Shown piece by piece: positions 61,987-64,000 of a DNA stretch of 64,000 nucleotides. Origin of the DNA: an uncultured Acidimicrobiales bacterium (GTDB taxonomy: Bacteria > Actinomycetota > Acidimicrobiia > Acidimicrobiales > SHLQ01). The position numbers and the translations under genes are program-made. The number at the start of each line of letters is the position of its first letter. Position 1 is the first letter of the stretch. The DNA lies in NCBI GenBank assembly GCA_964390555.1, contig CAYMJU010000207.1, forward strand, positions 6,466-70,465, in the 5' to 3' direction. The notes beneath the pieces were generated by a model. It was not told where the DNA came from, ran no database searches, and saw only the letters and a program-made list of their open reading frames with translations.

Positions 61987-63822
61987 GTGAGCGAGCGTGT
62001 ACCGGATGAGCAGGCTGAACAGGCTGAACAGGCTGAGCCTGGCGAGCAGGATGAGCAATATGAGCAGGATGAACCTGGCGAGCATGGTCGCGACTTCGAG
62101 TCGCTCGGCCTTCGGCCCGAGCTGCTCGAGGCGCTGACCAGCCTCGGCTACGAGGAACCGACGCCGATCCAGATCGAGGCGATCGGTCCCCTGATCGATG
62201 GCCACGACCTCGTCGGCCAGGCGGCTACGGGCACGGGGAAGACCGCGGCGTTCGCGCTGCCGATCCTCCAGGGACTCGACATAGGCCGGCGCGACGCCGA
62301 CCCCATGGCGCTCATCCTCGTCCCGACGCGCGAGCTCGCCATGCAGGTGTGCGAGGCCGTGCACAAGTACGGCCGCAACCTCGGCGCCCGGGTGGTCCCG
62401 ATCTACGGCGGGCAACCGATCGGCCGTCAGCTGTCGGTACTGAGTCGCGGCGTCGATGTCGTCGTCGCCACCCCCGGGCGAGCCATAGACCACATCAAGC
62501 GCGGCACCCTGCGGCTGGGCGAGGTCGAGGTCGTGGTGCTCGACGAAGCCGACGAGATGCTCGACATGGGCTTCGCCGACGAGCTCGAGGAGATCCTCTC
62601 CGCCACGCCCGAAGACCGCCAGACCGTGCTGTTCTCGGCCACGATCCCATCGCACATCGAGGGCATCGCTCGTCGGCACCTGCACGATCCCATCCAGATC
62701 CGCATCTCCGCCCAGCCGGTCGGGCTGAACGACGCTCCCCTGCTCCGGGAGACGGCGTACATGGTGCCGCGGTCGCACAAGCCGGCTGCGTTGGGGCGGA
62801 TCCTCGACGTCGAGGTGCCCGACGCCGCGCTGGTCTTCTGCCGCACCCGCATCGAGGTCGACGAGCTGACCGAGACACTCAACGGTCGCGGTTACCGCGC
62901 CGAGGCCCTGCACGGTGGGATGAGTCAGGAGCAACGCGATCGCGTGATGGGCCGGCTTCGCTCCGGAACCGCCGACTTGCTGATCGCCACCGACGTGGCG
63001 GCCCGGGGCCTCGACGTCGATGTGCTGAGCCACGTCGTCAACTACGACGTCCCGTCGTCGTCTGAGACTTACGTCCACCGGGTCGGACGGGTCGGTCGGG
63101 CCGGGCGCGAGGGCGTGGCGATCACGTTGGCCGAACCCCGCCAACAACGGCTACTCGAGAACATCGAACGCACGACCCGGCGTCGCATCTCGATGGCCAA
63201 GGTTCCGACGGTCGACGACCTTCGCACCCGGCGACTCGAGCTCACCGGCGCCGCGGTACGAGACGTGATCGAGAACGACGACGTGGAACGCGTGCGGCGC
63301 CTCGTCGAGCAGCTGGTCGAGGACTTCGACCTGTTCGACGTGGCGCTCGCGGCGGTGAGCCTGGCCCATGACAGCACCGGTTCGGCCAACGACGAGGTCG
63401 AGATCCCCGACTACACCGACCGGCCACGGCGAGACCGCGACAGCGATCGGGACCGCGATCGCGACCGGGGTTCACGACACGACCGTGACCGCGGGCGGCC
63501 GGAGCGGCCCCGCAATGACGATCGTCCCCGCAGTGACGATCGCCCCCGTCACGACGACCGCATCCGTCAGCCTGAGCCGGGCATGGCGCGCATGTTCATC
63601 GGCGCCGGCCGCCAGGCGGGCATCCGCCCCGGCGATCTGGTGGGCGCGATCACCGGCGAGACCCGACTCAACGGCAAAGACGTCGGCCACATCCGTATCG
63701 GCGACCGGTTCTCCATCGTCGAGGTGCCCGAGACCGCTATCGACGCCGTCATCGCCGCGCTCGCCGAAGCCACCATCCGCGGCAACCGCTACCCCGTGCG
63801 GCGCGACCGCGACAGCCGCTGA
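61987..63822 (+). CDS. DEAD-box ATP-dependent RNA helicase (DeaD/CsdA-like with C-terminal DbpA-type RNA-binding domain)
   Basis: Q motif, AATGTGKT, DEAD, SAT, HRVGRVGRAG. Acidic E/Q-rich N-terminal tail, RD-rich spacer, then a DbpA-like C-terminal domain (MARMFIGAGRQAGIRPGDLVGAI). Confidence 0.9.
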   Translation: MSERVPDEQAEQAEQAEPGEQDEQYEQDEPGEHGRDFESLGLRPELLEALTSLGYEEPTPIQIEAIGPLIDGHDLVGQAATGTGKTAAFALPILQGLDIGRRDADPMALILVPTRELAMQVCEAVHKYGRNLGARVVPIYGGQPIGRQLSVLSRGVDVVVATPGRAIDHIKRGTLRLGEVEVVVLDEADEMLDMGFADELEEILSATPEDRQTVLFSATIPSHIEGIARRHLHDPIQIRISAQPVGLNDAPLLRETAYMVPRSHKPAALGRILDVEVPDAALVFCRTRIEVDELTETLNGRGYRAEALHGGMSQEQRDRVMGRLRSGTADLLIATDVAARGLDVDVLSHVVNYDVPSSSETYVHRVGRVGRAGREGVAITLAEPRQQRLLENIERTTRRRISMAKVPTVDDLRTRRLELTGAAVRDVIENDDVERVRRLVEQLVEDFDLFDVALAAVSLAHDSTGSANDEVEIPDYTDRPRRDRDSDRDRDRDRGSRHDRDRGRPERPRNDDRPRSDDRPRHDDRIRQPEPGMARMFIGAGRQAGIRPGDLVGAITGETRLNGKDVGHIRIGDRFSIVEVPETAIDAVIAALAEATIRGNRYPVRRDRDSR

Positions 63823-63831
63823 GGTCAACGG

Positions 63832-64000
63832 TCACCGCAGCGTGCGCAGCACGCGGTCGCCGAGGTTCGAGGTGACCCCCATCCAGCGGCGCTCATCTAT
63901 GTGGTGATGACGACGGTGGTTGCGTACCAGGCGGGCGTAGTACGGGTGGCGTGGGCGCCGCGACGAGTGGGCTAGCAGGTGGACGAGTTCATAGTGCACC
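63832..64000 (-). CDS. partial CDS (C-terminal 55 aa), fatty-acid hydroxylase / sterol desaturase-like His-box protein
   Basis: Own translation of the minus strand: VHYELVHLLAHSSRRPRHPYYARLVRNHRRHHHIDERRWMGVTSNLGDRVLRTLR*. It contains an HRRHHH histidine box and is truncated by the window edge. Confidence 0.4.
   Translation of the reverse strand, partial: VHYELVHLLAHSSRRPRHPYYARLVRNHRRHHHIDERRWMGVTSNLGDRVLRTLR

Noticed and set aside
61189-63147. 652-aa minus-strand ORF antisense to the DEAD-box helicase gene
   Set aside because: Arg/Gly/Asp/Pro-rich, with no motifs. It fully overlaps a gene with unmistakable helicase motifs. This is a typical high-GC shadow ORF.
1-64000. Search for CRISPR arrays, rRNA or tRNA genes, IS elements, integrases and prophage genes
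   Set aside because: The only tandem repeats found (33-nt at 46065-46163, 27-nt at 37445-37498, and the RD/EQ codon repeats in the helicase) lie inside coding regions. No transposase- or integrase-like ORF and no structured RNA gene was recognisable by eye. Covariance-model scans (tRNAscan-SE, Infernal) would be needed for certainty.

Overview
High-GC, gene-dense actinobacterial-type chromosomal segment with about 60 protein-coding genes. I recognised no rRNA, tRNA, CRISPR array, transposase or integrase. The main theme is a methylated-amine / C1 catabolic island made of five modules. (i) A gmaS-mgsABC-like set on the minus strand (2366-6964). (ii) A plus-strand operon of a FAD oxidoreductase, an acyl-CoA-dehydrogenase-fold protein and a DUF1989+GcvT protein that matches the architecture of TMAO demethylase Tdm (17035-22007). 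(iii) A minus-strand operon of a PuuR-like XRE/cupin regulator, a flavin reductase and an NAD-type formate dehydrogenase (22156-28089). Its catalytic subunit is split and gene-order permuted, and it carries an in-frame TGA at the active-site Cys/Sec position followed by a SECIS-like hairpin. (iv) An APC permease (28210-29733). (v) A second, GS-I-like synthetase plus mgsABC-like set, followed by soxBDAG-type N-methylglutamate/sarcosine dehydrogenase, fhs and folD (32841-45091). A 13-bp palindrome (GAAAC-AGA-GTTTC and variants) recurs in several promoter regions. A 92/93-bp copy of the tdm-operon promoter/leader is directly repeated 4.5 kb upstream, bracketing a three-gene cell-surface cassette (SGNH hydrolase, pectate-lyase-fold protein, beta-helix lipoprotein). 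Other content: a Fic 'mobile mystery protein A/B' pair flanked by two apparently frameshifted genes; a BMP-type ABC transporter with twin adenosine-deaminase paralogs and a Rieske oxygenase; a split ThDP decarboxylase (ComDE-like) next to an Fe-ADH; and housekeeping-type genes (gabD-like ALDH, amidohydrolase, DEAD-box helicase). All functional calls come from reading the translated ORFs for motifs and domain architecture. No database search was possible.
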